Notes under the pieces: model-generated
The model's database searches: none
What the model was told of the DNA's origin: nothing
Seen by the model: only the letters and a program-made list of their open reading frames with translations
Source of the DNA: Massalongia carnosa
Taxonomy: Eukaryota
Assembly: GCA_965645245.1 (NCBI GenBank)
Contig: OZ287068.1
Coordinates: 3,038,001 to 3,102,000, forward strand
Direction of reading: 5' to 3'
DNA length: 64,000 nucleotides
Made by a program: the position numbers and the translations under genes
Part shown: positions 13,301-23,348 of the stretch, in pieces
How positions within the stretch are numbered: position 1 is the stretch's first letter
Layout: each line of letters begins with the position of its first letter

Positions 13301-15034
13301 TTCAAAATACCGCGCGCTTTTCTAGCGCTGTTCGCCGACGATAATAACGAGGATGAAGATGGCTATCTCAAATTCGAATCTGCCCTATCGGCTGATGCTT
13401 CTTCATTTGAAAGAAACATACCCGAGCCTAAGTCTTACAAGGAAGCAGTAAATGATCCGGTGTGGGGGGAACTATGGAAAGAAGCAGTGAACACCGAGAT
13501 CAAGGCGCTCATCGGTAATAAGACTTGGAAAGAAGTTGTTCCACCTCCCAAAACGAACATCGTCACCTGCAAATGGGTGTTTAAAGTAAAAACCAACCTC
13601 GATGGCTCATTGGAGAAGTTTAAAGCAAGATTAGTCGCCCGTGGGTTTACTCAAAAATACGGCATCGACTATGAGGACACTTTCGCCCCCACGGTAAGAT
13701 CAGATACCCTACGTGCAGTGCTTGCCATAGTAGCGATGGAAAACCTGGAATGTCATCAAGTGGACGTGAATAACGCATTTACCCAATCAACCTTGAAAGA
13801 TGTCATTTACATGACCGCACCGGAAGGAGTAAACGTTGCCCCTGGTAGAGTTCTTCAGATTCTGCAAAGTCTATACGGTTTAAAGCAGTCCGCCAGAGAA
13901 TGGAATAGCCGCTGTACAAATGAGCTGACCAAACTAGGCTTCATTCAATGCTCATCTGACCCATGCCTATTCACTCATCCTAAAAAGGGAATCATCATAT
14001 TCATGCACGTAGATGACCTGGTGATCGCCTCCAAAATGATGAAAGAGATCGATTGGTTCAAGAAAGAGTTCAATGCTGCCGTTAGCATCAAGGACCTAGG
14101 AGAAGTGTCGAAGGTTCTGGGCATACGAGTAACCAGAGATCGGAAAAATCGAACTCTTCGAATGGACCAGACGCATTATCTCAAAGATGTGATGGAGAGA
14201 ACACATATGAGCGCTGACAAATATAGGCCTACCGAAATTCCAATGAACGGCTATGATTCATTGCGACCGGCTGGAAAAGATGATAAGCGCATAGATCAAA
14301 GAGAATATCAGCAAATTGTTGGAAGCCTGATGTACGCGGCAATTCATACGCGGCCAGATATAGCTTTTGCTCTTGGAAGGCTAAGCCAATATCTCAGTGA
14401 TCCAGCTGCTCATCACGGTCATGCACTAAAGACGCTGCTTAGATACGTTCGGTCCACCATTGACATCGGTATACTGTATGGGGCTGGGGGGAATCATGGC
14501 CAAGGCCTCATTGGGTATTCCGACTCAGACTACGCAGCTGATAGGCTCGAAAGAAAATCGATCTTGGGATACGTGTACATGCTAGGGGGAGGGCCTATAT
14601 CGTGGATGAGCAGAAAGCAAAAGTCGGTTGCTACGTCTACAACGGAGGCAGAATACATGGCCTTATCAACTTGTGCTAAGGAGGGTTTATGGCTCGTTCA
14701 GCTGATGAAAGACATAGGCTTCGAGAAATATTTCAGTCATAACGTCAATATTCGTGAGAACTTGACGCATCAAGCTGACTCCCCGATGCGGTTAAAAGGA
14801 GATAATCAAGCCGCTATCCAACTGGCAAAAGATGCTCACATTCATGATAGATCTAAGCATATCGACGTTGCCTATCATCACATTCGGGACCTGCACAAGC
14901 GAAATCGAATTCAGGTCGAGTACATACCCAGCGGAGAGATGATTGCCGACGGCCTAACCAAGCCTCTAAATAAGCCCATCTTCAATCGGTTCATTAGTCA
15001 ATTGGGACTGCAAAAAATGGAAAGAGTAAGGTAG
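10361..15034 (+). CDS. Copia Gag-Pol polyprotein (Gag/zinc knuckle, protease, integrase, RT, RNase H), 1557 aa
   Basis: CLICGEVGHWTKEC; ADSGASSHM; WHRRFAH..CEVC; DICGP/VDNYSR/RSDNATE/QNGVAER; KARLVARGFTQ, DVNNAF, LYGLKQS, HVDD; GYSDSDYA, TTEAEY, DNQAAI, KHIDVAYH. PR-IN-RT-RH order is copia-type. Confidence 0.98.
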   Translation: MTTIADDLAKRRPLPVLTRENYQRWFELAEMHFEAEGIFHTISEPQPNSSYLQQRMDKLSLDGKGIDKSGTPLTRETPIIDSERWRKDNAKACYLITICLSQFDQERVRVMKTAAEKWTSLLSKYNSILPTSGRHYLQELVSYKMKENTTVQEAWGELLLLRDKVVMATPTLRDAFPTRQLFQLLLQSLPAEYAVIRDGIDAIGGVDAEIGIKRLEDKEIQLTQAKADLALLAKQKEQRREQRRPLNPSRSQSTFNNSRQERSRRHERSSSAKRETKIKDNSQKGCLICGEVGHWTKECEFLESTRSHVRSLAKKKKEVNKGKSSVKRHRSYLAGESEEEDENDSFSSGDNDDDLDDLEETAALSREAVCKIPRSKWVADSGASSHMTDKLQLFSGPLTKIRERRIKVGGGELRACHRGTCVIKDGHGNQGFLSSVLYVPKLGVNLLSGRRMCEKGLIGSFDQHGLKMHDKQGKEIMEARQRGGVYIVEKIAKDLDEFALTASMHHDIAFPSKVDIASLSSSSEALKPRGAGLTCPTTHNNMEIEIESTPALNPTKTDKHSETYRLWHRRFAHLGREKLRNLHKVTTLEKPIPVSKEEDHICEVCALTKLTNKRGKATERKTSLLALVSIDICGPLPASREGYTYFLEIVDNYSRKIWSIPLKRRDEAPGELRKWRIKVELQSAKRLLAVRSDNATELKATLDEWCSSIGIIPQYTVPHMSIQNGVAERAIRTTENSVRAMIKDAELPIEFWKEAMETDAYLRNRTGCGPIIDGYASTPEEAFTGVKPSIDHIRVWGCKCYSYVDPKSLPAGDRRDKFMDRGRIGVFMGYVEETTKQYRLWAPDMGKIIRSHVVKFDENLKGGSVDLNLRKQTPNVLPERRPVGRPQKTKETKISEPAKLVERFSHVEVSSQQNQTHDQPNPKDDVTQNVPPIPTSEESPIANDSIPAAAVPKASTSIFSHVAIPKRKRSDEDSVPEEPAFKIPRAFLALFADDNNEDEDGYLKFESALSADASSFERNIPEPKSYKEAVNDPVWGELWKEAVNTEIKALIGNKTWKEVVPPPKTNIVTCKWVFKVKTNLDGSLEKFKARLVARGFTQKYGIDYEDTFAPTVRSDTLRAVLAIVAMENLECHQVDVNNAFTQSTLKDVIYMTAPEGVNVAPGRVLQILQSLYGLKQSAREWNSRCTNELTKLGFIQCSSDPCLFTHPKKGIIIFMHVDDLVIASKMMKEIDWFKKEFNAAVSIKDLGEVSKVLGIRVTRDRKNRTLRMDQTHYLKDVMERTHMSADKYRPTEIPMNGYDSLRPAGKDDKRIDQREYQQIVGSLMYAAIHTRPDIAFALGRLSQYLSDPAAHHGHALKTLLRYVRSTIDIGILYGAGGNHGQGLIGYSDSDYAADRLERKSILGYVYMLGGGPISWMSRKQKSVATSTTEAEYMALSTCAKEGLWLVQLMKDIGFEKYFSHNVNIRENLTHQADSPMRLKGDNQAAIQLAKDAHIHDRSKHIDVAYHHIRDLHKRNRIQVEYIPSGEMIADGLTKPLNKPIFNRFISQLGLQKMERVR

Positions 15035-15045
15035 TATCGCACCGC

Positions 15046-15053
15046 AGGGGGAC
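15046..15053 (+). promoter_or_regulatory. Short polypurine tract before the 3' LTR
   Basis: agggggac directly upstream of the 3' LTR TG. Confidence 0.6.
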
Positions 15054-15244
15054 TGTTGAATGGCGGTTGCGATTATGGTTATAATGGCTTGTTGGGCTCA
15101 CTGCGTGGATAGCGGGTAGTCTAATCTTCTCTAGGAAGGTTTTAGGTTTAGCGTGCTTTGCCCTTTGGTGAAAAGTCTGCTCTTTTCCTTTCAGATAGCT
15201 ATATAGTCAATGCGATTACCTGCAACCAGAGTCTCCTTTTAACT
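15054..15244 (+). repeat. 3' LTR (191 bp)
   Basis: Identical by eye to the 5' LTR; followed by TSD caaaa. Confidence 0.97.
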
Positions 15245-17667
15245 CAAAAATAGGTTTTGAAATCGCGGCCACAGAAAGGTGTTTTGAATGTTCGCCGCAA
15301 CGATGGCTTCCCGATTTTCACGGGGAACAACGGGCAAGATTTGAGCGAAATCTCCGCCTAACATCATCGGAATACCTCCGAAAAGATCGTCATTGCCTAA
15401 AAGATCCGTAAAAGTGCGATGTACGGCCATGAAGCATTGTTTGTGTTGCATCGACACCTCATCTCAAATGATTAATGCTGTGCGTTGCAAAAGACCGTGT
15501 AAATGCGTGTTGCGGGTTGATATTACACAATTTAAAATCAAAGGAATTTTAAAACGGGAATGTGAAGTCTGTCCGCCAGGAAGAAGTAAAGCCGCAATGC
15601 CGGAAGAGCAACGCAAAGAACGATTTTATTCTCCGCCCGAAAATGATTGCAAAGAGTCTTATATAAAAAAGTCTTACCTGTTCCTGCAGGCCCGTGAACA
15701 AAAAAATGCGCCGTTCTAGAATGATCTCTAACTCCTGCAACAATGATATCAAACAGTGTTTTTGATCTGCAATCAGTTGAGTATATCGTTCATTTCGTAA
15801 CGTCGTTTCTTCATTGAAACCGTAAGTCATTTCACCCGCAATTAAAGGATTTCCAGTACTCCGACCTCAATCGTGTACAAACAAAGGCATATTAAAATCC
15901 TGCAGGCATTTCCCCAAATCCGAAAGAACTTCGTTTAATAAATACAGTCCGTAATCCAAATGCGGAGTCGTTAAATCGTCAGAGATATCAATCATAGATC
16001 GTAAACGATGCGGCAAATCGTCACATATATCGTCTGCGTATCGATTCCATAAGACCGTGGGATCCGTAACACGTCCGGGAACTAAAGCTGTTCCAAATAA
16101 CGCCCGCAATGAATATCCAGAAGAAAATCGCACAGCTTCCGCAAAACAACTGAACCATTCCTGATCATCTTCCAACAAACCTCGGGCACTGCAAGCGGCT
16201 TGAAAACTTGCACAAATCACTCCGTCAACAGTGCGAAGATTCTCAAATGATTGCCGTCCCGGCACAACCGTCAACAGCATCCGTAAATAATATTTCTCGC
16301 CCGCCATGGGACTGCAGGCATAAATACGACCAACCGCGAACCCACGTTGTCGAGATTGCCAACATATTTTCTTGGGTTCCCAAACGAAATGATTCGGAAA
16401 ATCTTGATACAACAACTCGCGACCGTCGTCATGAAGTCTGTTATAATCGAAAAATGCCATTAATTCTGAAACGGATCTGTTTAAAGTGTTATGCAGATCA
16501 ATAAGATCCGCATCCGCATTGAAATATACGGACTGTTGATCCGGCAAATGAATCGGAAGAGGATAAACCGCAGGAAATTCCTCGTGTGTAGGATATTCCC
16601 ATAATTGCCATGCGGCTTGAGTAGGACCGATATAACGACCGTTTAAATGTCTTGCGATTTCGTCGTCAAATCCGTCAATCTGCACAGTAGCTCGATCCGC
16701 AACTTTGTAAATGTATTTGTGAATATATTTGACGGCTTTAACGGTCGCGCAAACTTCTACATTGATATGAGCTTCGTACCTGCGAGAAAGATACGGATTA
16801 TATGAAACAATCAACGATTGTCGAAAAAAAAAACACGATCGCCTCCTAACGGAATTTTCCAGGTGCGATCGTCATTACGGCGACGATAGATCGGATATCC
16901 ATTTTCTTCCACAAAGTTGTTTCCTGAAACGGGCGAGGATAACGCTTGGAACAGGTAGGAGATCCTGAATCACTTTGCATACAGGGCGCGGTAGGCATTG
17001 CAGCTTCGCAAGGACCGTGATTCATTTGTTTAATGATGATTTCTTTTAAACTTCAGTCCGTATCAAGAGCCGGATCTGGCAATTCCGCGGATATTATCTG
17101 ATCAATGCGATCCGCGTCCATAAAACGATCGTCCGGATGCAAGAACAACAGCAGATGCATATGCGGCAATCCTCGTTTTTGATATTCGATAGTCCAAACG
17201 CATCCACGAAAACGGCCGAATATGTTACTCTTTTTCAATTCTTGCAACAAACTACTCTGCCGTAAACGAAAAGCGCGGGTCACGGATCCATTGCGGTTTA
17301 TCCAGGATAGTCTTTCAAGGCTTCTTTGATTTCCAACCAGTTGGGATTTGCGGTAAACGTGATGAATAAATCCGGCCGTCCGAAATGACGAACCAAGGCC
17401 ATGCTGTCCTGAAATAATTGTTGCATAAATCGATCACCACCTGTATATGTGGAAGGCAGAATAAATCGTTTTCCCAAAGTGGCCGCAGAATCAACCTCAT
17501 CTCGACGCAAGCTGTCCGCAAGTCCGCTATACAGTTCAGCTCTAATGGTTTTTTGATTTTCTCGCAGCCATTGCAATTTGTTCAGATCGCAACTGGCCCA
17601 CGCGTCAACCAAATATTGTTGAAACAATCGCTGACAATGATGCATGATAGAAACTCATTTCGACGGG

Positions 17668-17911
17668 TCACGATTCTACCTTTTGTCTTTAGGAACTAAG
17701 CCTAATCGAGCACCTACGGAAACGGTTGCTGGCCGGCTGGCGAGAGTCACGAGATAGCGCGGAAAACTCTTTCGCGACCTTACTGCATGGGGACTAGGGA
17801 AAGCATTGCTTTATAGGGGCGAGTCCGACCTTTCGAGTCTATCTTTCCTCTTTATCTTTATTGTATTCGTTTCTAGCGTCCCTATGACTTGTCTCTAGGT
17901 AGATCATAACA
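17668..17911. mobile_element. Solo LTR of a different (probably gypsy-like) family inserted in the Helitron Rep region
   Basis: 244-bp insert flanked by the 5-bp repeat acggg (17663-17667 / 17912-17916). Ends are tcacgat...atcataaca, with the 5' TG missing. Removal rejoins Helitron YRFR*HTRRNEF..HHCQRLFQQ. Confidence 0.75.
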
Positions 17912-19502
17912 ACGGGTATGTTAACGAAATCTGTAATACGCTCGTTGACTTAAACGATCTCGTTCTCTCGATCTTGCGTTTGATCGAATCCGCATATTCC
18001 AATGCCAATCACGTTCGTCATGCGGGAATAGGAGAACGTAATGCAAAGGCATATAAGCCGCGTGATTTTGATCAATTCGTTTTAGAAAGGTCCTTGTAAC
18101 ACCCGCAACACATTCCGTCAAGACAATATCACGCTTACAAGGCTCACCGTATTCATCGGGAATAATCTCGGCAATTTCATCGCTGATGGGAAGATTGCTG
18201 CGTCGTCGATCCGCACCCGCCTCCATGATTAATCGCATTTGCGGATTGAGAACAATTCGCAAATCATCGATAGTGGCCGCATTCTCTCGTAAGGCCTCGC
18301 TGGCGGTCTTGTAGAGTCCGATAAAAAATTCAAATCATGCAACATATCTGTCAATCGTCGCACAATATCTGGATCCAATTCTGCGTGTTGTCGAGTACGA
18401 ATCGCGGTTGCTTCGGCGAGATCGTAAAAAAACAATTGAGCAAAGCAAGGAGAATCATCAACGGGGTCAAGAGGACCTTGCAAATGATATAATTCTCCGT
18501 GAATTTGAAAACATATCGGACTGCGCCTATTGCGAGAGAGTCGACGATCAGGCTTATAATTTATGGAGGTAAATGTCAACGCGGAGTTGTATTTCCGCAG
18601 ATTTTTGCGAAAGGCACGACCTCGAGAATTTTCTCCGATTAACAGTTGCCGCAAAAAATCAGGAGGAGGCCGAAACGGTGGTAAAACAACATCACCTCGC
18701 TTGCAACAGGATTCGTATACCCGATCTCGTCTTCTGTCACTCTGAACAGCTTCCGTTTCCCAATGCCACGCACCGCAGTGTCTGCAATGATCTGTCATGT
18801 GTTGAACTCGTTGTATCGCGGATTTCAAGGTGTACTGACTTTTAAATGCGGCAGGAAAGTCACGATTTGCAGCCGCACGATCACGGACTGCAACAGTACG
18901 CTCGCGACGACGTGTTCGACGGTTTCCTCGTGACTCACAATGATTAGCAGGTGGAGAAACAGGCCTGGAACTCGCAACGGATGGAGAAGTATGTCCGAAA
19001 CTTGACCTTACGGAACCGCGAGCTCGGTTGTGATTGTCCTGACCCGCTTCTGCTTCGTTGAGCAGCATTTCTTCTCAAATGTTCGGATTTTCCAACTCCA
19101 AATCATTTCGATTTGGCGGGCTTGGCGAATGGAAAGCCGACGATACGGGAGAAACGGAATTCGTCATTGAACTGTCAGGCGAACTCTGCAAAGACGGAAG
19201 AGTGACAGAAGATACAATCGAACTTCTTGGAGGAGCAGGCGGACGCAGGAAAAGACGAACAGGACGTTTGTGGTCGTAAGATAAAACGAACGCGTTTTGC
19301 GGGAGGATTTTCTGGAGAATTCACTTCATTATGCGGTCTACGGAGAGAACCCGATTGTCGTAACGGAATGGGAAGTCGAGAAACGATTTCACGCGGAGAA
19401 GAGTTAGGCGGCAAAGACATAGCGGTAGTCGTTGCTGTTGTTGCGAAGAGATCAGATAATTGTAAATGAGTACAGACACGAAATGAAATAACGCGTTGGT
19501 AT

Positions 19503-21568
19503 AACTCTGGCCTTAATAACTCTGCCACGCGTACTCTTGAGTGGTTCTTTTGGAGCTTCCTCTTGGCCTTCTTGCGGAGGGTCCACCGGCCCTGTCTGTA
19601 CTCCTTTGCCCTTTAAAACCTGCCTTTCCCGTTGATTCCTTGGCCTTAGAGGCTTGCCTAGGGTCTTTCTGGTGGGTGAGAACTCAATTTCGAGGCGCTC
19701 TAGAGCCGTAAACGTCTCCGTATCGGTAGGGTTAAGGGAGAGCTTGGCGATAGAGTTGATTGTGTGGTTTTGAGTGCCAACCTGGGTCTTCTTTGGCGAT
19801 GGTGGTAGTGTAACAGCCTCCCCTCCAAATAGTCGAGGCGTCCACGAGAGGAATTGCTTCCAAAGAGTATTCTCTTGACGTTGGTTCGCTTTCTTCCATG
19901 ACTCCCAAGCTTTGGCCTTCTTGGCCTGTCGTTTCTCCTGCTTTTCGGCCTCGATTCGCTCCGCCGTCTCCTTGTCCATAACCTTGGCCTCTCTGTAGGC
20001 CTCATGACTTCTCCCTTTCTTCTTTCCCTTTTGCTTTCCAGCCTCTACGAGCTCTGTAATAGTTTGCCCTTGAATCGTACTTAGAGCCATCTTCTGGCCA
20101 CATGCTTTAGCAAGCTTAAGGGCAACTTGCTCCCAGTAGTCAAACTCCGCTTGAACGCTAGCTAGCTTTGCTCCGGCCAAAAGCTTGTCGACGTCCACGA
20201 TATTAGCAGGAGTAACGGCCGAAAGGGGTACGAGAGCAGTTCCGTCTCTAGTTGTTGGCCTGCTTCGACTTGTAGGCGTCGCGGGAGGTTGAAAGGAGGA
20301 TGAATTTAAGCTCATAATTGAAGGTCCAGAGCTTGGTATCGAAGATGGTATTTGTTGAAGGACGACAGACGGGTTGTAGGGCATATGGCCAGTAGCGTGC
20401 CACGCTTTAATGACATTCTCTGGTGTAATAGCCTTTACTCGAGCTTCTTGAATTAGCTCTAGGAAGTCGACTTTTGATATTTGATATGTAATATTGAATC
20501 GACTCCGTTCTCGAACCGCTGTCTTGTAGTAGTGAGCCAAAAGCCTAAATACCCGACGTCGAGAGGCTGTACGAGGTGAGTAACGTGAGCTGGCAAGCAA
20601 AGACAGAGAATCTTATGCTCTAAACAAAAATCGATAGCTTTCCCTGTAAGATGAGACCCATGGCCGTCGAATATAAGGAGTCTCCACTTGCTAGGAGTCG
20701 TTGGACGAGTCTCTGGTTCAAAGCACCGCTTTAACCACTCAAAACAAAGCTCATTATCTGTCCAACCATTCTCCGAGACTGATATATGGCCGGTTTTAAA
20801 TGCGTGCCACCAAGCTTTCATCTGTTGTTTGCCCTTGAATATAACCCATGGTTTAAGAGACCTCCCACTAAGCCCAATAGCTTCAATAAGGGTCACCCAC
20901 TCTCGATTCCCACAAGCCGTCATGTACTGAGATATCTCCTTTTTGGGTATTATAACCCTTGTCTTGCCAATGACCCCCATAGCAACTCCTTTCTCATCCA
21001 TATTGTACTGGTTTTCGGTGTCAATATCGTACTGATCCACAGTATTCTTATAGAGCTCGAGGTAGCGTAGAATTGTAGCGGGATCTGTAGCTAGAGTACG
21101 CTCTTTTTCGATAGGACTGACGAATTTTGACTTAAGGCTTGGGTGACGGTCCATAAACTGCTGGATCCAGGTGTGCCCTAGGGGGTTCATGTCGCCCTTC
21201 GCTTGAAGGAGCTCGTACGCCATCTTTAGGAGCTGTTGATGGGTGGGTGGATATCCCCAGCTAGCTAGAACGACGATATAACCGACAAGAACGTCTTCCT
21301 CTAGCGGAGTGAGCTTTTGCATGGCTTGGTTAGCTGCTTTTTTCGATATAGCACTATTTTTTCGATCCCGTAAAGTCTCCCATACCACCCCTTGAAGCCT
21401 AGCTGCTTCACGAAGACTTATAGGCTTATTAGAAGCTTGCCCAGTGGTCCAAATCTCTAGGGCACGTTCCATTCGAGTGTCGTAGTCGACGTCTGGTGGG
21501 GGAGCTATATCGTCAGGGTCGTCAAAGTACTCGGGGTTTGGACGTTTCGGCTTATAATTTCGAACCAT
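19503..21568 (-). pseudogene. Pogo/Fot1 DDE transposase with a single-base frameshift
   Basis: HTH (SLREAARLQGV), CENP-B-like HTH, NMDEKG, GWTDNELCFEWL, LLIFDGHGSH, HLVQPLDVG. One G is missing at ~20552-20554, and the protein continues as VFRLLAHYY..WHATGHMPYNP in ORF 19452-20600. Confidence 0.9.
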
Positions 21569-21734
21569 GATGATAGCTAATGTTGATAGAAAATTGATCG
21601 AATTTTCACCTGCAAAATCGTATGGAGAGTTTTCGGAAGTGGTTGATTTTCTATGATTTATTCACGATGGGGCATTTTTTGGGCGGTTGCCCCTTTTGGG
21701 CGGTTGCCCCTTTTGGGCGGTTGCCCCCGCAACT
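19509..21734 (-). mobile_element. Fot1/pogo-like Tc1-mariner DNA transposon, one-ended (3' end and TIR missing)
   Basis: Transposase plus a 5'-end block of three 17-bp repeats. No matching inverted repeat at the other end and no TA TSD; flanked by aactct at both junctions. Confidence 0.85.
21677..21727. repeat. Three tandem 17-bp repeats ttttgggcggttgcccc (transposase-binding repeats of the pogo TIR)
   Basis: Copies at 21677, 21694 and 21711, ~110 bp upstream of the transposase ATG. Confidence 0.85.
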
Positions 21735-22566
21735 CTTCTATGTGGTTTGACGTGATTATAAGCTCGTCCGTCTCGAGTCTTATCTATATCATCATCAAAT
21801 TTTTTCGTCCAAATATCTTCCGTTAACATTCCTGTATCGAGTTCACGTTGATATTCAGCGGTAAATAGAGCTACGGTGAAAAGAGCTGCGATGATAGGTA
21901 AACAATACGAAAAGCACCGTAAACCCAATCGAGTCCGCGCTAAACCTCTTATGGACGATTTCAAAGAAAATCTGATACTTCAAGTTTCGAGATATCGACT
22001 ATGGTTGATATGATTAATAGGTCTGCAAAGTTTTACGATATCATACGATGAAATGCATACTCGCAATGAGGTGCCTCTTTTTGGTCCTTTCCGTACGGCG
22101 TCCTCTCCGCATTATTTGATAATTCAGTACTGTTCCGCAACCCGCCTTCCCTTTTTCGGGTTAAATCTAACCGCATGAGGTTGGATCTAACCGAATGAGG
22201 TAGTGTTGCCCAAAGTAGCAGGGGAACTCTTTCAGTTCAATATAGAAGAAGTTCAATATAGATTGTTTTTGCTTCAGCCGCATTAATGAATTAGTCCAGC
22301 CTCCGGGTGAGGACAAAATACGATTTTCGAGGCAGCCCCGAGTAAATTTGTGGGCCGGGTTTGCTGGAAGGCTTTCTGCTTGCAACCAGATGAGAAGGTA
22401 ATGCCTGAACCTAAAATCTCACGATCTGGAGCCTAGAGGCTAGGTTAGAACGAAATTAAGCATTTCATGTCTGCGTTTCGCAGTATGTCTTTCGGATCCT
22501 GAAAACAGCTCTGGGCGGTTTAGCCGATTTTAGAATCCTAATGAGGCTGATGGTCCTCGACGATGA

Positions 22567-23348
22567 TGTTGAAGTGGATACAGTCCTACTGGCACTTACT
22601 CTATATACAATCAGCTACATCATGACATAGTGAACCATATGCCATTTATGCTCTTTATCAGCTAATGAGTCTCGGGAACTAGTGATTTATCTAGTTGTTT
22701 CGTCGAATCTTACCTGCGCACCAATCAACCCTTCTCCTCTTTTCTCTTTATGGCAAGAGACAGAAAGAGAGCTCGAAAGAGAGCACAGCAACAAACAGAG
22801 TCCCCAGTTGAATATCTGGTTATTCAATCATTAGAAATATTCAACTCAGAACTTAGTGATACCGATTTATATAAGGAGCGTCTCTGCTAAAGCTAGAAGA
22901 TTCAGCACAAATATACTCAACCCCACTTTTCAATCCGCCTGAATCTTTGAGAACGAGGTTCGCAGCAAACGACGAAATGTCGACCGATCAAATGATCATT
23001 CTAACAGAGGCCTCTGAGACAAAGCCTTTGAACGGGCCCGAAAATTTGCCAGAATAGAATAGGAAAGTAAAAGGCCATCTCGGCGTAGTGAAATTTTATA
23101 AGCACCTCACTCGAGAGGTGTCCCAGCCAACGAATCCAAAGAAGCTGGCAGAATGGACAGAAATACAAGATAAACTCAAGAGTTTACTCTCCATGATAAC
23201 AACTCGATCGATATTTGAAGCCGATCCCACAAAGCGAGCTCACGAGCGTTATAAAATGCTCAAAGCCGAACAGACCTCTCAGTCAGTCACCAATATCAGT
23301 TTTTTGTATAGAAAAGTTTTCGATGAGACCTGCAGTAACGCTGTATAA
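22567..23348 (+). pseudogene. Decayed copia remnant: possible LTR start, degenerate PBS and gag N-terminus
   Basis: tgttgaa at 22567 and gctaatgagtct (PBS-like) at ~22661. From ATG 22977: PLNGPENLPE*NRKVKGHL...LAEWTEIQDKLKSLL...AHERYKMLKAE, resembling a copia gag N-terminus. Confidence 0.5.

Larger units (their letters stand above)
9877..15244 (+). mobile_element. Full-length, intact Ty1/copia LTR retrotransposon nested in the Helitron helicase
   Basis: Two 191-bp LTRs that read identical; 5-bp TSD caaaa (9872-9876 / 15245-15249); PBS; PPT; single gag-pol ORF. Removing the element plus one TSD restores the Helitron frame WPRFQNLFLRQNMR. Confidence 0.98.
8987..19420 (-). pseudogene. Helitron Rep-helicase (HUH Y2 replicase + Pif1 helicase), frameshifted and interrupted by insertions
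   Basis: Motifs in order across minus-strand ORFs: CRHCGA..CCKRG zinc finger, FAQLFFYD, RLFQQYLVD, PDLFITFTANP, EYQKRGLPHMH (HUH), KYIHKYIYK, GPAGTGKT, DEVSM, GGDFAQILPV, LRQNMR, GLCNGTRL, AMTVNKSQGQS, HGQSYVALSRV. Multiple frameshifts and stops. Confidence 0.95.
8750..22100 (-). mobile_element. Helitron (approximate extent; termini not identified)
   Basis: Rep-helicase pseudogene plus flanks of similar composition. No convincing 5'-TC or hairpin-CTRR-3' terminus was seen, so the boundaries are estimates. Confidence 0.6.

Noticed and set aside
19452..19528. Pogo-Helitron fusion ORFs across the junction
   Set aside because: Only short read-through across the breakpoint; nothing suggests a functional chimera.
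20552..20554. Programmed frameshift in the pogo transposase
   Set aside because: A single missing G in a short run with no slippery heptamer; a mutation or sequencing indel is simpler.
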